This document shows, in pieces, positions 13,563 through 27,112 of a DNA stretch of 64,000 nt; within the stretch, counting starts at the first letter, position 1; every line of letters starts with the position of its first letter. The position numbers and the translations under genes are program-made. Location: the NCBI GenBank assembly GCA_951406725.2, contig OX597835.1, positions 2,790,001 through 2,854,000 on the forward strand, in the 5' to 3' direction. The notes beneath the pieces are model-generated. The model was not told the origin of the DNA. It saw nothing but the letters and a program-made list of their open reading frames with translations, and searched no databases. The stretch comes from Octopus vulgaris. Lineage: Eukaryota.

Positions 13563-14223
13563 CGCGTGTGTGCGTTTAAACTCAACAAATCAGCAGGGCA
13601 GCTACTTTAATTCGTAGGTTCGAGTTTTGCCACAAGCACCGTCCTCTTATATTCTTTGCCAACTTAGCACAGTCGTATTGTAGCAGACAAAATACTTGAG
13701 ATAAAATGTCTTCAATCTCGTTCTAGAGTTACAATCTTTTAGAGCGTTCGCTACATTCGTAATTCTTTCAACACGTTTTCAATAATTATAATAAAATAGT
13801 GGCAATGAAAATTTGGAAAGGGACGAACCAGTATTTTCTCGTGGACAATTATTGGCATCACCTTCAAGAACCCTTTCACTTACTGATATAAGGTGAAAGT
13901 AATCAATAACTCTCAAGAGAAACAAAGTGACAATTGCATAACAAAATATATTATTTACGAAAGTGATCTCTATTAAGATTACATTTCCAATTCTACCTTT
14001 ATGGTCTTTTCACCGACTCAAGAATGAAACGCATCAGAAAAATTAGATTCAGAATAAAGTATCGTCCAGAGCAACTTTACATTTCAACATTGTGAAATCT
14101 ATGAATTAAAGTACCAGTCACATACTGGGCTCCATATATTTAACTGTTTAATTCTCCAACATTTCTGGTCTTAAGCCTATGTAAAGCTGTTGTTGCTATC
14201 AGCATTATTATTATTATTATTAT

Positions 14224-14778
14224 TGAGTGAGAGAGCAGTGCATGCCATCAAAGTGACACTGGGGTAAAATATACGAAGCCCAATATACCCATCATGACTA
14301 TCCGTCTGATAAGGGTACACCAGGCACATGCATCACAACCATATGTGCGCGACACGGTGACCCCACATCAAGATAAACAGCACAGGACCTTGCAGGTGGG
14401 GCCCAGTTAGAATTTTCTTCAGGTTGAGTAGCCCATCCCGCTCAAAAGGTCCCTGAATAAGGGTTGTTTAAGGATGTTGAAAGAACCACCCATGTTTCCA
14501 GAGGTGAATTATTCAAACCCCAAAGAATCCCTCTCAACACATGGCCATGATGCTCCCCCACCACCTCCGCTCGCGTTCAGAGATGCACATATCGTCAGCC
14601 ACTAAGGGACATGCTCAACTGGTTAAGGTCAAACAACTGACAAGCAAATCTGTGGTATTGAGCAGAATATTTGCTGTAGCCCATCTTTTATACCAAGACA
14701 AAACAATGTACATGATAACACTTCCAATCAGTTAAGATCAGAAGCCATGAGAGCAGCTGCCTGGTACTGCATCAGGGC

Positions 14779-14781
<3 letters not shown>
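14224..14781. mobile_element. Interspersed repeat E (about 550 bp) within (ATT)n
   Basis: Highly similar inverted copy at 36306-36824; flanked by (ATT)n on both sides. Confidence 0.85.
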
Positions 14782-14851
<70 letters not shown>

Positions 14852-14852
14852 A

Positions 14853-15063
14853 AGGCGGCAAGCTGGCAGAATCGTTAGCACGCTGGCCGAAATGCTTAGC
14901 GCTATTTCGTCTGCCGGTACATTCTAAGTTCAAATTCCGCCGACGTCGACTTTGCCTTTCATTCTTTCAGGGTCGATAAATTAAGTACCAGTCAAGTACT
15001 GAGGTCGACGTAATCGACTATCCCTCTCCCCACAAATTCCAGGCCTTGTCCCTAAAGTAGAAA
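14853..15063 (+). mobile_element. SINE family A, near full length (Meta/MESC-like central domain)
   Basis: tRNA-like head; gcctttcattctttcagggtcgataaattaagtaccag core; (ATT)n tail. Confidence 0.85.
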
Positions 15064-15065
15064 TG

Positions 15066-15123
<58 letters not shown>

Positions 15124-15526
15124 GTTAAAAAAATGTGCCTTGAATGGCCCAACGATGCACCATAATAATAAAAATGGACTATAATAACTGTTATAATTTA
15201 ATTATCCAGTTTCTGATATAATAATAATAATAATAATATTTCGGAATACTAAAATTCGTTCTTCAGATATCACTAGGAAATATTCAAGCCGCTGCTACAA
15301 TCGGTTTTACAAAAGGTTACTGAATTTTTTTTCTGGACGCGTCTCTGCATTGGTCTCACGAAGCTCATTCCGGAATTCCTCATCAATTATTATTATTATA
15401 TCAGACTATTATAACAGTTATTATAGTCCATTGTTCTTATTATAGTGCATTGTTGTGTCATTCATTATATTTTACAAGCAATACACAATGCTTCAAGCGA
15501 ACTACAATATTCTCCTATTATAATTA

Positions 15527-15585
<59 letters not shown>

Positions 15586-16825
15586 GTTATTATTATTATT
15601 ATTTCGGAGTCAATAAAATAAGTACCAGTTGAACACTGGGGTCGATGTAATCGACTCATCCCCTAGCCCAAAATGGCTGCCCTTGTTGCAAAAATTAGAG
15701 AATATTATTATTGTTATCATTATTTCAAGTATGAACACAGACACAGATGCGCCACTTGTTATCACCTTCTTGATAGATTACGGCCCCCCACCCCACTGCC
15801 TGTCTCTATATTTGTTTTCTTGTGTTCTTCGCACTGACTGACTAACAGAAAAATCTAATTTGGTACAAATGAATTCCGATGAGGAAACAACCTTGACAAC
15901 AACAAATCGCTGTTCTTCAACAAAACAAATTTGCCAAAATTGGTATTTACCAGAATCGGTTTTCTTTTGTTTTTAAAAATTTTTTCCCCGTTTTTTTTCT
16001 CTTTCTACTTTCCAAATTGTCATTATGACAGTTCTTTCCAACGGAAATATTTTAAGATTTGTTGGATAAAAATGTTTACAGCATTCTAGAATTTCTCAAA
16101 GAAAAAATAATAATTGATCAAAAGTCCAAGAAACGGCATTTCATCCGTATTTACATTCTGAGTTCAAATTCCGCCGAAGTCGACTTTACCTTTCGTCCTT
16201 CTGGAGTCTATAAAATAAGTGGCAGTTGTACACTGGGGCCTCTCTCCCCCAAACCTCCTGGCCTTGTGCCAAAATTGGAAACGAATATGAAAGTTAAATC
16301 TTAGCTAAACGTCAAAAATAAATAAATGTACATGAACGTGACGAAAGCCCCATCAAGGTGGTGTAGAATCGTGTTATTACTTTTAAAAATATCTCACGGT
16401 ATTTTTTAAAAATATCTCACATAAAATACCAGTTAACTAATGCAATTAATAACATACACTCACACCACCCAATCAAAATGTCTTGCCTTGGACCGAAATT
16501 AGAGTTTTCCTATAAAGTTTACGGTTATAAGATTCCCGTTGTGAGTCGGGTGGATTTCTATAACACAGAAAGTTTTGATCATTTATACTAAATAACTGAA
16601 TAGACCATACTTTCTTTACCGAAAGATGACAGTAAGAAAGCCCGTTTGGTGGAGACATTTTGTTGGCAATTCCGTGGTTCTTGTTTCTTACCTGCCGCGG
16701 GCGCCTTGAGTATCTTTTACCATAGCAAAATGTCCATTATGTCGACGAGTACCAAGTTGCAAATGGAGTCTTCGAGACGAAGCTTAGGCGAAATCTGGTT
16801 GTTTGTGTGTGTGTGTGAGTGAATG

Positions 16826-16891
<66 letters not shown>

Positions 16892-16895
16892 CATG

Positions 16896-16939
<44 letters not shown>

Positions 16940-16968
16940 CATGTATGTATGTGTATATATATATATAT

Positions 16969-17185
16969 ATAAATTATTAGAGAGTTAACCACTATGTGGA
17001 TAACTCTAGTGCTAAAAATAGCTCCGAAGCAACCACAGAAGATCTGTTTCCAACTAGAATCAACATACATTGTTGGTTATACAATGTATGTTGATTCTAG
17101 TTGGAAACAGATCTTCTGTGGTTGCTTCGGAGCTATTTTTAGCACTAGAGTTATCCACATAGTGGTTAACTCTCTAATAATTTAT
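16969..17185. repeat. Perfect palindrome with 105-bp arms and 7-nt spacer
   Basis: 16969-17073 is the exact reverse complement of 17081-17185; spacer tggttat. Confidence 0.95.
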
Positions 17186-17281
17186 GTATAAATTTGTATT
17201 TTCTCCGTAGTCTTTTGTGCTAAGCCACTCGGTGTTAAATTAATGGTATTACTAAATTAATATCGATTTTTCACCCTCATT

Positions 17282-17384
<103 letters not shown>

Positions 17385-18155
17385 CATGCATACATATATA
17401 TATATCTTTCGGCGATATCTATTGGAGAAAGATGTAAACATCGACAAGAAAACTTCTGCTTTTGTACGAACGAAACACACCGCGTAGTATTCATGTGTTT
17501 ATGTATTTATGTATTTATGTATTTATCCACCGCTCCCGTATTCCCCACCATATTTCTGATACTGTCTTCTTTCGTTATATTTCCCATTCTAAAATGGTTG
17601 GTCTGCTGGAAGCCTATAAGCAACGACGCTATTGTTAAAAACATGAATGGCCAATTGGAAACCTATATAACTGAGTATGCTATTGTTCAGAAAATACTCT
17701 ATAAAGTAGAAAAGAAATATAGAAACAGACGTCGAAAATATAGCAAAATTCTTTAACACAAAACAGGAAGTTAGTAACATATTTCACTAGCATTTATTTT
17801 AGGTATTTCATGGGCCTCGAAATAGAAGGTTACCATTATATTACCTTCGTGAGAGTCGAACTCAACACGCCCTTAATGTTCTGAGGAGAATGCCGTGACA
17901 CTACTTCACGAAAATCAATGCTAGTTGATACCTTTGGTATTTGCTTTGCCTTCATGCATGTGTACCTAGAATTTTGTATCCGGATTGCACTTACTTACAT
18001 AATAGGCATTTTATACCAAACCATCAACAATTATTCGAAACAAGTGTAAATATAAAACTTGATTACATCATCTAAATTAATTGTTGCCACTTTTCATTAA
18101 GTACATTCCTTACGCCTGTTATCGTTTATCTGTCTTTACACAAACACACACACAC

Positions 18156-18196
<41 letters not shown>

Positions 18197-18541
18197 CAAA
18201 ATAAGCAACAAGGTTATCCAGAGGTAATGCAGTACGATCGTTTCATGCGACTCTATTTAACTGAACAATGCAAATATTACATCAGTCTTAAAATGTAGAG
18301 CAATATTCAGCTGCATAAAACTATAGAATTCAGTTAAATTCAAAGGATTCATTTGCATAGTTATTCTATTAACCAAAATCACAAAGAGAATAAGTAGATA
18401 GACAGAGACATATTTCAGCAACAACATTGTAGTTGTAACTGATATTTTTTCACAGGATTCATTTGTATAGAATAACTATACAACTTTTATGTTCAACATA
18501 ATTGGCTGTTCCTTCCTACCAAATATTCTGACCGTGTATTT

Positions 18542-18689
18542 GTGTGGTAAGTAGCTTGCTTACCAACCACATGGTTCCGGGTTCATTCCCTCTGCGTGGC
18601 ACCTTGGGCACGTGTCTTCTACTATAGCCTCGGGCTGATCAGAGCCTTGTGAGTGGATTTGGTAGACCGAAACTGAAAGAAGCCCGTCG

Positions 18690-18777
<88 letters not shown>

Positions 18778-18955
18778 CTTGCATGTCTGTGTTTGTCCCC
18801 CCAACATCGCTTGACAACCGATGCTAGCGGTTCGGCTAAAGGAATCGATAGACTAAGTCCTAGGCTTACAAAGAGTAAGTCCTGCGGGTCGATTTGCTCG
18901 CCTAAGGCGGTGCTCCAGCATGGCCACAGTCAAATGACTGAAACAAATAAAAGGC
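18542..18955 (+). mobile_element. SINE family B (CORE-like ccttgggca motif, internal TA/TG microsatellite)
   Basis: gtggtaagtagcttgcttaccaaccacatggttccgggttca...ccagcatggccacagtcaaatgactgaaac. Confidence 0.9.
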
Positions 18956-19389
18956 TAAAATATTAAAGAGTATATTATGTTGTCACAGTAAGAAATGTTA
19001 AATAAGAACCTTCTAGAAAATACCAGCATTTGTTTTCCTTGAGAACACCTGAAGGAATATGTTCTAGTAACATTATATCGACCAGACTACCGGATGTTCT
19101 TATGCAACACTGGTCACGATACGCTTCCACGCATTGTAGGTGGGCAGGTTGCCATTTACTCTGAATCATACACTCAGATGTCAAGTTGAGACATTACAGA
19201 TGATTGGACATTAGAGTAATGTCAAGAAGACATGACGGCTGCGTAGACATTTCACGTTGCCGCAGTCTTTTCAGCCGTAAAACGTTATCCGTTTACAGGT
19301 GAGTGAACGGAATCAAGGTGAAATGAAATGTTTTTCTCAAGGACAGAACGCATCGCCCGTGCGTGAATCGAAACAGTGATCACAAGGCC

Positions 19390-19623
19390 ATGGGCTATCC
19401 TAATATACAGCCAGGCTCATGGGCCCGGTTTCCCGGTTTCTGTGGCGTATGTGCTCCCCCACTAGCTGGACGGGACACATCGCAGCGTTACTCAAGAAAC
19501 AGGAAGACAGAGTGCGAGAAAGTTGGGGCGAAAGAGTACAACAGGGGTCGCTACCACCTCCTGCCGGAGGTGTTTTCGCTCAATAAAAACACGCAACGCT
19601 CTAACCACTGGGCCATTGCACCT
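19390..19623 (-). mobile_element. Internally deleted SINE with C head and D-like tail
   Basis: gggcccggtttcccggtttc tail; gagaaagttgg body; ctaaccactgggccattgc head. Confidence 0.65.
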
Positions 19624-19756
19624 CTATATTTTTTTATTTTATTGACTCCAAAAGCATCAAAGGCTTAGTTGACCTCAGCGGGATTTGAACTCAGAGTGAA
19701 AAGTCGGACGAGTGCCGCAAACCATTTTACCGAGCGTTGTAACGAATCTGTATACA

Positions 19757-19950
19757 GTAAGCCCGAAATTTGGAGGAGGTGGCTAGTCGATTACATCGAC
19801 CCTAGCACTCAACTGGTACTTAATTTATCGACCCCGATGGATAGTAGGCAAAGTCAACCACCGCGGAATTTGAACTCAGAACTTAAAGACGGACGAAATG
19901 CTGCTAAGCATTTTTGCCCGGCGTGCTAACGATTCTACCAGCTCGCCGCC
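19757..19950 (-). mobile_element. SINE family A
   Basis: Reverse complement of family A, ending ccagctcgccgcc. Confidence 0.8.
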
Positions 19951-20290
19951 TTCCTCTAATGTAATAGTGACAGAAGAATGAATGTATCCCACACAATTTC
20001 TAAATTTCCTGCAAGCAGCAAGAGTTGAACATAAATTTACGAGTAAGAAAAGTCAGTAGAAATGTGTCGTACAAGATAAACTGATACTTTACGTTAAACG
20101 ATTCTCTTAAAGGTGATAAATGCTCTTCTACTAATACATTCTCTCTGGTTTAAATTATTGATTAGTTTTCTCACTGGTACAGCTATTGACTTACTAGCAT
20201 TGTCGCGTTCTCTCCTTCCAAAATGCCATCGTTATATTCTTACATTCTTAAGCTGATCTCGGCATCTTGACACATACAAATATGTAATTA

Positions 20291-20396
<106 letters not shown>

Positions 20397-20515
20397 GGGA
20401 GTAATGCATTGGGATATAAAAACATACTATATATATAGAAAGAAAGAGTGATATAGATATACAGATAAATAAGATTAAGCTTGATATAGATAAATATATA
20501 TACATAGTACATACA

Positions 20516-20555
<40 letters not shown>

Positions 20556-20885
20556 AATAGATAAATAGATAGATGCAAAACAAGATATATTAAGAAGATA
20601 AACATATATATACAAGCTTATAGATATTTATGTATATTGACAAACAGATTTCCTTTACCATGGAGTATAAAAAAAACAGAGAAAACGGAGAGAATGCGTA
20701 GTTCCTAAAATGACAGCTGTTCCTCGGAGCTTCGAAACAGCTGTCGACAAAAAAAAGCAATATGTCCTCCCTTTTGGTTTCTGTTTTTTATACTTCATGT
20801 AAAAGTATATTTATTTCTCCATATATATTTATATCCTTGTATTTATACATTTATCATCTCATATTTAATTTTTCTATTATATATT

Positions 20886-20931
<46 letters not shown>

Positions 20932-21172
20932 TGTGTGTGTGTGTGTGTTTGTGTTTATGTATGTGTATTTATACATAGCAAGCCTACTCATGCTGTTTAT
21001 CGGCATCACTATACTTCGTATCAGTTCACCAACATTTCTCCTATAGCGACACTTTAATAGAGACTTCAGAGTATATGTTCGAATAATTTGAACGCTAAAT
21101 ACGTGCTTCCTATATTGAACCTCATCACTAGATCTCACCTGTTGATTGTATATATATATATATATATATATA

Positions 21173-21577
21173 GGCGCAGGAGTGGCTGTGTGGTAAGTAG
21201 CTTGCTTACCAACTACATGGTTCCGGCTTCAGTCTCACTGCTTTGCATCTTGGGCAAGTGTCTTCTGCTATAGCCCCGGGCCGACCAAAGCCTTGTGAGT
21301 GGATTCGGTAGACCGAAACTGAAAGAATCCTATCGTATATATGTATATATATATATATATGTATGTGTGTGTATATGTTTGTGTGTCTGTGTTGGTCCCC
21401 CTAGCATTGCTTGACAACCGATGCTGGTGTGTTTACGTCCACGTCACTTAGCGATTCGACAAAAGAGACCGATAGAATAAGTACTGGGCTTACAAAGAAT
21501 AAGTCCGGGGTCGATTTGCTCGACTAAAGGCGGTGCTCCAGCATGACCGCAGTCAAATGACTGAAACAAGTAAAAGA

Positions 21578-21580
<3 letters not shown>
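21173..21580 (+). mobile_element. SINE family B, full length
   Basis: ggcgcaggagtggctgtgtggtaag...gaaacaagtaaaagagta. Confidence 0.9.
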
Positions 21581-21647
<67 letters not shown>

Positions 21648-21662
21648 GAAAATAGAAATAAA

Positions 21663-21700
21663 CTGTCCGATGAACGGCAACGGGAAACTCAGAGTAACAG
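21663..21700 (+). ncRNA. Minimal type I hammerhead ribozyme candidate (U4C core)
   Basis: ctgt-CCGATGA-a-cg(gcaa)cg-g-GAAA-ctcagag-TA-acag; stem I ctgt/acag. Confidence 0.6.
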
Positions 21701-21732
21701 GTTTTGTTGAATTTTCTGCTGCTTTAAATAAA

Positions 21733-21796
<64 letters not shown>

Positions 21797-22018
21797 GCGA
21801 TGTATAAATATGGGTAAAAAGTTGTAAATGTGTAAAAAAGGAACATTAATAGTTGGCATTGTCAGCTTTGTAATATTCTTATCAGTTCAAATATGCTTGA
21901 GGCACGTTCGAACAGGGGGATAAGCCATTAACTCTGTGTTGCCATGGAGAAAATCTCTCGTTATTGACAAATGGTGTGGATACGCCTATATCAGTTCGCA
22001 GCGCAACCTATGGGAGAC

Positions 22019-22066
22019 TATGAGACGCCAGCATTTCGGAGTAGTTGTCTTCTCTTCAGTCTCATA
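22019..22066 (-). ncRNA. Type I hammerhead-like motif
   Basis: Minus strand: tatgaga-CTGAAGA-gaagacaactactcc-GAAA-tgctggcg-TC-tcata. Confidence 0.45.
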
Positions 22067-22363
22067 CACCAGGCAGGCGACGCTGCCAACTGATGAAAGA
22101 GATTGTCTCTCTTATGCTATTTCAGTCCCCGTACAGTGACTGGTAGCGCTATGCGGCAGCTCACCGTTAGTAAATTACAAGGAGAAGCGCCTAAGCAGAG
22201 GTAAGTATAATTGCAATGTTATTACCATTGCAAATATGCTTGGGCCACGTTTGAACTGGGGAACTAGACCTTCACTGTGATTTGTCATAGAGAAATTTAT
22301 TAAAGCTTTGCTTTGCTTTCATCTTCGCGGATCAAGAAAATGGAAGTACCAGTCAAATACTGA

Positions 22364-22898
22364 TCTCTTATATAAAATCTGTTCTGTCTGTCTGTCTGTC
22401 TGTGTGTCTTCTAGGATCTCGGGCATCCTCCATCTGATTGCGCTCAAATTTGATATGTAGATACCGACGGTATCAGGTCGTGTACAAGCCTTGAAAAAAT
22501 TACAAAAATCGATTCCAGGTAAGAATGCAACCGATAAAGCCGTTTTTGTCCTGCTTTTCTTCCGTCAACCTTTACATAACTACACCTTCCATTTTTTGTT
22601 ATTTTTCTACTGCTTAAAGGCACGTTTCTCCCTCCTGCCAAGCTCACTATTTAAACCATGTTTTTGTTCTCCCAGTCAACAGCCTTATCATTACTGGTAC
22701 TTTAAACACTTCGGTTGCATATTTGTGTGAATAAAATCGATTTTCCTTAGAATAGAAAAAGTCTATCTTTATTTCATTTTTCTCAAGTGTTTCTCAAAGG
22801 TGAGGCCTATGGGACGGTCGGACAGGTTGTTTTGAGAAAATTTGGTTTAAATGTTTGACAACTCATCACCGTCCATTGGACGGGGGACGTTTTGCTCG
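22364..22898 (+). mobile_element. Non-autonomous Helitron inserted in a SINE A remnant
   Basis: a|TC start, 3' hairpin ccgtcc-att-ggacgg, ends CTCG|t; second copy at 30151-30610. Confidence 0.75.
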
Positions 22899-23057
22899 TT
22901 GTCAATATAGATCGACTCACTCTGAAACTGGTGGTCTTGTACTAAGGTTTGAAACTATGATAAGTTAACTCTACGTAAACTGCCAAGCTGGCAGAATCTT
23001 TAATGCATCGGACAAGATGTCCTTTCCCACTCTTTACATTTCAAGGTTATGTAATAA

Positions 23058-23268
23058 TGGTTTCCAATTTTGGCACAGGGCCAGCAATTTCGTGGACGAA
23101 ACCAGCCGATTACATCTATCCCAGTGCTCAACTGGTACTTATTTTATTGACCCCCAAGGGATGAAAGGAAAAGGCAACCTCGGCGGAATTTGACTCGGAA
23201 CGTAAAGACAGCTGAGATGGTGCTAAGCATTTTGCCCGACTCAGTAGCAATTCTGCCAGGTCACCGCC
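23058..23268 (-). mobile_element. SINE family A
   Basis: Family A motifs on the minus strand. Confidence 0.75.
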
Positions 23269-23330
23269 GCCAGATTAAGAAATCATAACTCTCAAGAATG
23301 CTACAATTTTAATTTACACACACACGTGTA

Positions 23331-23439
<109 letters not shown>

Positions 23440-23469
23440 GAGTGTGTGCGCGCGCATGCGTATATATGA

Positions 23470-23710
23470 GAGACTCACCCGTCGTTAGACGACGTATGAG
23501 TGTTCTCACAATTTCTTACCGAACAACCACACAGATGATTTGTTTATAGTGATCAAATGTTCGTGTACACATAAGATCACTCCCTCCCTCCATCAAATCG
23601 GTAGCATCTGTTTTCGCACAATAAAAACTCACAACGCCCACTCTGGGAATCGAATCCGCTATCCCACCACCACGAGACCGCTCCCCTAATCACTTGGCCA
23701 TTGCGCTTCC
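23470..23710 (-). mobile_element. SINE with C-type head and distinct tail (left arm of inverted duplication)
   Basis: Head gcgcaatggccaagtgattagg...ggattcgattccc on the minus strand. Confidence 0.8.
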
Positions 23711-23792
23711 ACGACACACACACACATATATATAATGTATGTATGCACACATGTAAAAGAAATGCATGAGTGTGTGCGTTATCTGTTGCTAC

Positions 23793-23826
<34 letters not shown>

Positions 23827-23844
23827 CATATATATATGTGTGTG

Positions 23845-23899
<55 letters not shown>

Positions 23900-24273
23900 A
23901 TGTGTGTGTGTGCATATATATATATGCACACGTTAGCTTGTCTTTGAAAATACTTGGGTTTTACCGAGAAACAGCTTGTTTTAACAACAAAATAAATCTC
24001 CATAAAGTCTGGATATATGTTGCTGTTGTACGACTTGCTGACTGCTTTGAGAAACATGTATGTATGCATGCATGTAGGTATGTATGTATGTGTGGATGCA
24101 TGTATATATGCATTCACACATGGCTATATATATATACCGGAGTAAACACATCTGTTTTCGCTCAATAAGGTGTTTTCGCACAATAAAAACTCACAACGCC
24201 CACTCTGGGAATCGAATCCGCTATCTCACCACCACGAGACCGCTGCCCTAATACGTACACACATATATGTATG

Positions 24274-24312
<39 letters not shown>

Positions 24313-24412
24313 AGGTATGTGTGTGTGTGTGTGGTAGCAACAGATGATGCACACACTCATGCATTTCTTTTACATGTGTGCATACATACATTATATATAT
24401 GTGTGTGTGTCG

Positions 24413-24655
24413 TAGAAGCGCAATGGCCAAGTGATTAGGGCAGCGGTCTCGTGGTGGTGGGATAGCGGATTCGATTCCCAGAGTGGGCGTTGTGAGTTTT
24501 TATTGTGCGAAAACAGATGCTACCGATTTGATGGAGGGAGGGAGAGAGCTTATGTGTACACGAACATTTGATCACTATAAACAAACCATATGTGTGGTTG
24601 TTCGGTAAGAAATTGTGAGAACACTCATACGTCGTCTAACGACGGGTGAGTCTCT
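24413..24655 (+). mobile_element. SINE with C-type head and distinct tail (right arm of inverted duplication)
   Basis: Reverse complement of 23470-23710 with a few mismatches. Confidence 0.8.
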
Positions 24656-24744
24656 CATATATACGCATGCGCGCGCACACGCAACGCACGCGCGCGCGCG
24701 CACACACATCTTTATATATATATATATATATATATATAGATAGG

Positions 24745-24775
<31 letters not shown>

Positions 24776-24781
24776 CAAAAA

Positions 24782-24819
24782 CTGTCCGATGAACGGCAAC
24801 GGGAAACTCAGAGTAACAG
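24782..24819 (+). ncRNA. Minimal type I hammerhead ribozyme candidate (U4C core), identical to 21663-21700
   Basis: Same sequence as 21663-21700. Confidence 0.6.
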
Positions 24820-24855
24820 GTTTTGTTGAATTTTCTGCTGCTTTAAATAAAGTAT

Positions 24856-24896
<41 letters not shown>

Positions 24897-25119
24897 TACA
24901 CACGCCTGTACAGTTGTGTATATGTGCATGTATAATTGTAAGCATTATCAGGTATATACATTCTTTGGGGTTTTATGGTTAGAATTTCTTAACACGACGA
25001 TTGAAGTAGATTCTGACACCTAACAGGGTGTCTGTTATATAATTTATGAACTTACGTATGCATTTATATATGTATGTATGCATTTACGTACGCATTAATG
25101 GCTGCATGCATTTAGATTT

Positions 25120-25156
<37 letters not shown>

Positions 25157-25501
25157 TCTATATGCTAAAGTATTTAATGCTTGCCCATCTCCATACGAGC
25201 GTACTTGGAATGTAAACGTGTATATATGAATACATATACGTATCTCTGATTAATTCGTTTTACACTGTACATGCTATGGGTCATGTAACAAAGTAGAATG
25301 TTAAAATTTGATGTTAACGCGATTTGATTAAATATAACATGTATGCTTGTGTATAAGTATATTATGTGTACTTTCATATAAATGCATATAAATATATATC
25401 TATGCATGTATCTATCTATCATCTATCTATTTTTCTACCATTCTCTCTCCTCGCCCTGTATGTATATGTATATATGTGTACATACATACATACGTATATA
25501 T

Positions 25502-25618
<117 letters not shown>

Positions 25619-26271
25619 ACACACAGACATCTGCAGGCGCACTATACACACATGCGTATTTATAAATAAATACATACATATATATATTCCGCTTTAAAAT
25701 ACAACTAACGGTATTCTCAGGCTTTAGAAGGTGTCGATCAAATCAGCATAATTGATCAATGATATGAAATCCTAATTGAGGTTACAATGACCAAATATTC
25801 AGAGCAGAGTTTAACATTTGCGTTGGACCAGAGGAACATTCACAGAATTTAATGGGAACCGTACGCGTTCCTTTATGCATTTGCAAGTATATTCTACATT
25901 AAAACGCCTGAAGTTAGACCATTGTCCATAACCTGGATACCTGGAAGATGCGTTTCCTGTAGAACATGTATGGTGGTCTGTTATTTGAATGGTGTTAATT
26001 AAACGTTAATTTAAAAATTTTCGAGATTTTCTTTCTTTTGTGGGGGCGAGACGTATCTTAAGTTATGCGTTTGATGCCATTCGGTGGAACCATCGAGGAC
26101 TCTATAAAATATTTCAACATTAACTTTGATTTCGTCTCTCTAACGAGTGCGTTCTTGCAATCGAAACGGTCTAAAGAATTTCCATTTAGAATATATTTTA
26201 GAACATATTCGTTATTTGCTTATGTCTGTCTCGTCATCTCGGAGACTTTAGCATTTTAGCACAATTGTGCA

Positions 26272-26321
<50 letters not shown>

Positions 26322-26572
26322 GCATATACATACGGAGACACACGCGCACATAGAAGTATGCATATGGACACACACATACACGCATGCACCCATACATACA
26401 CGCGCATACACACATATATATGAATATGCAGACACATAAATTTGAAATCTACATATCATCGAGACTTCACCAATTAAAGCAATCAAAGGTACGCACAAAA
26501 CGAAGCGTGGTTGTATGCATGTATGTATGTATGTATGTATATATTTTTTTCCTCTGTCTTTCCTTCTCCTAT

Positions 26573-26607
26573 GTTTCCGATGAAGAGCTCCGCTCGAAAC
26601 GTTAGAG
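26573..26607 (+). ncRNA. Minimal hammerhead candidate (U4C core)
   Basis: gttt-CCGATGA-a-gagc(tcc)gctc-GAAACGTT-agag; palindromic ACGT stem III. Confidence 0.55.
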
Positions 26608-26697
26608 CTTCCTTCTTTCCCTCTTCCCTGAGCGTTCAATAATACATTTGTTCCTCGTCCTCGCGTTGTGTTTTTTTGTGCTTTCTTGTTTGGATTA

Positions 26698-26787
<90 letters not shown>

Positions 26788-26873
26788 GGGATAATTCATA
26801 AAAAACAAAAGACGAAAACAAGTGGTGTAGACAACAAACATATGTATATGTATAACGCTCGGGAAGTAAAATT

Positions 26874-26909
26874 CTTTAACGTTTCGAGCCTACGCTCTTC
26901 CACAGAATG
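26874..26909 (-). ncRNA. Minimal hammerhead-like motif (CUGUGGA core variant)
   Basis: Minus strand: catt-CTGTGGA-a-gagc(gtag)gctc-GAAACGTT-aaag. Confidence 0.4.
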
Positions 26910-26941
26910 AGACAAGGTGAAAAATGCGTAGTGACTAGCTA

Positions 26942-27032
<91 letters not shown>

Positions 27033-27047
27033 ATGTGTATATGTATG

Positions 27048-27112
<65 letters not shown>

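Noticed and set aside
15876-15890. CCGATGAGGAAAC
   Set aside because: No stem II and no cleavage triplet with stem I; probably chance
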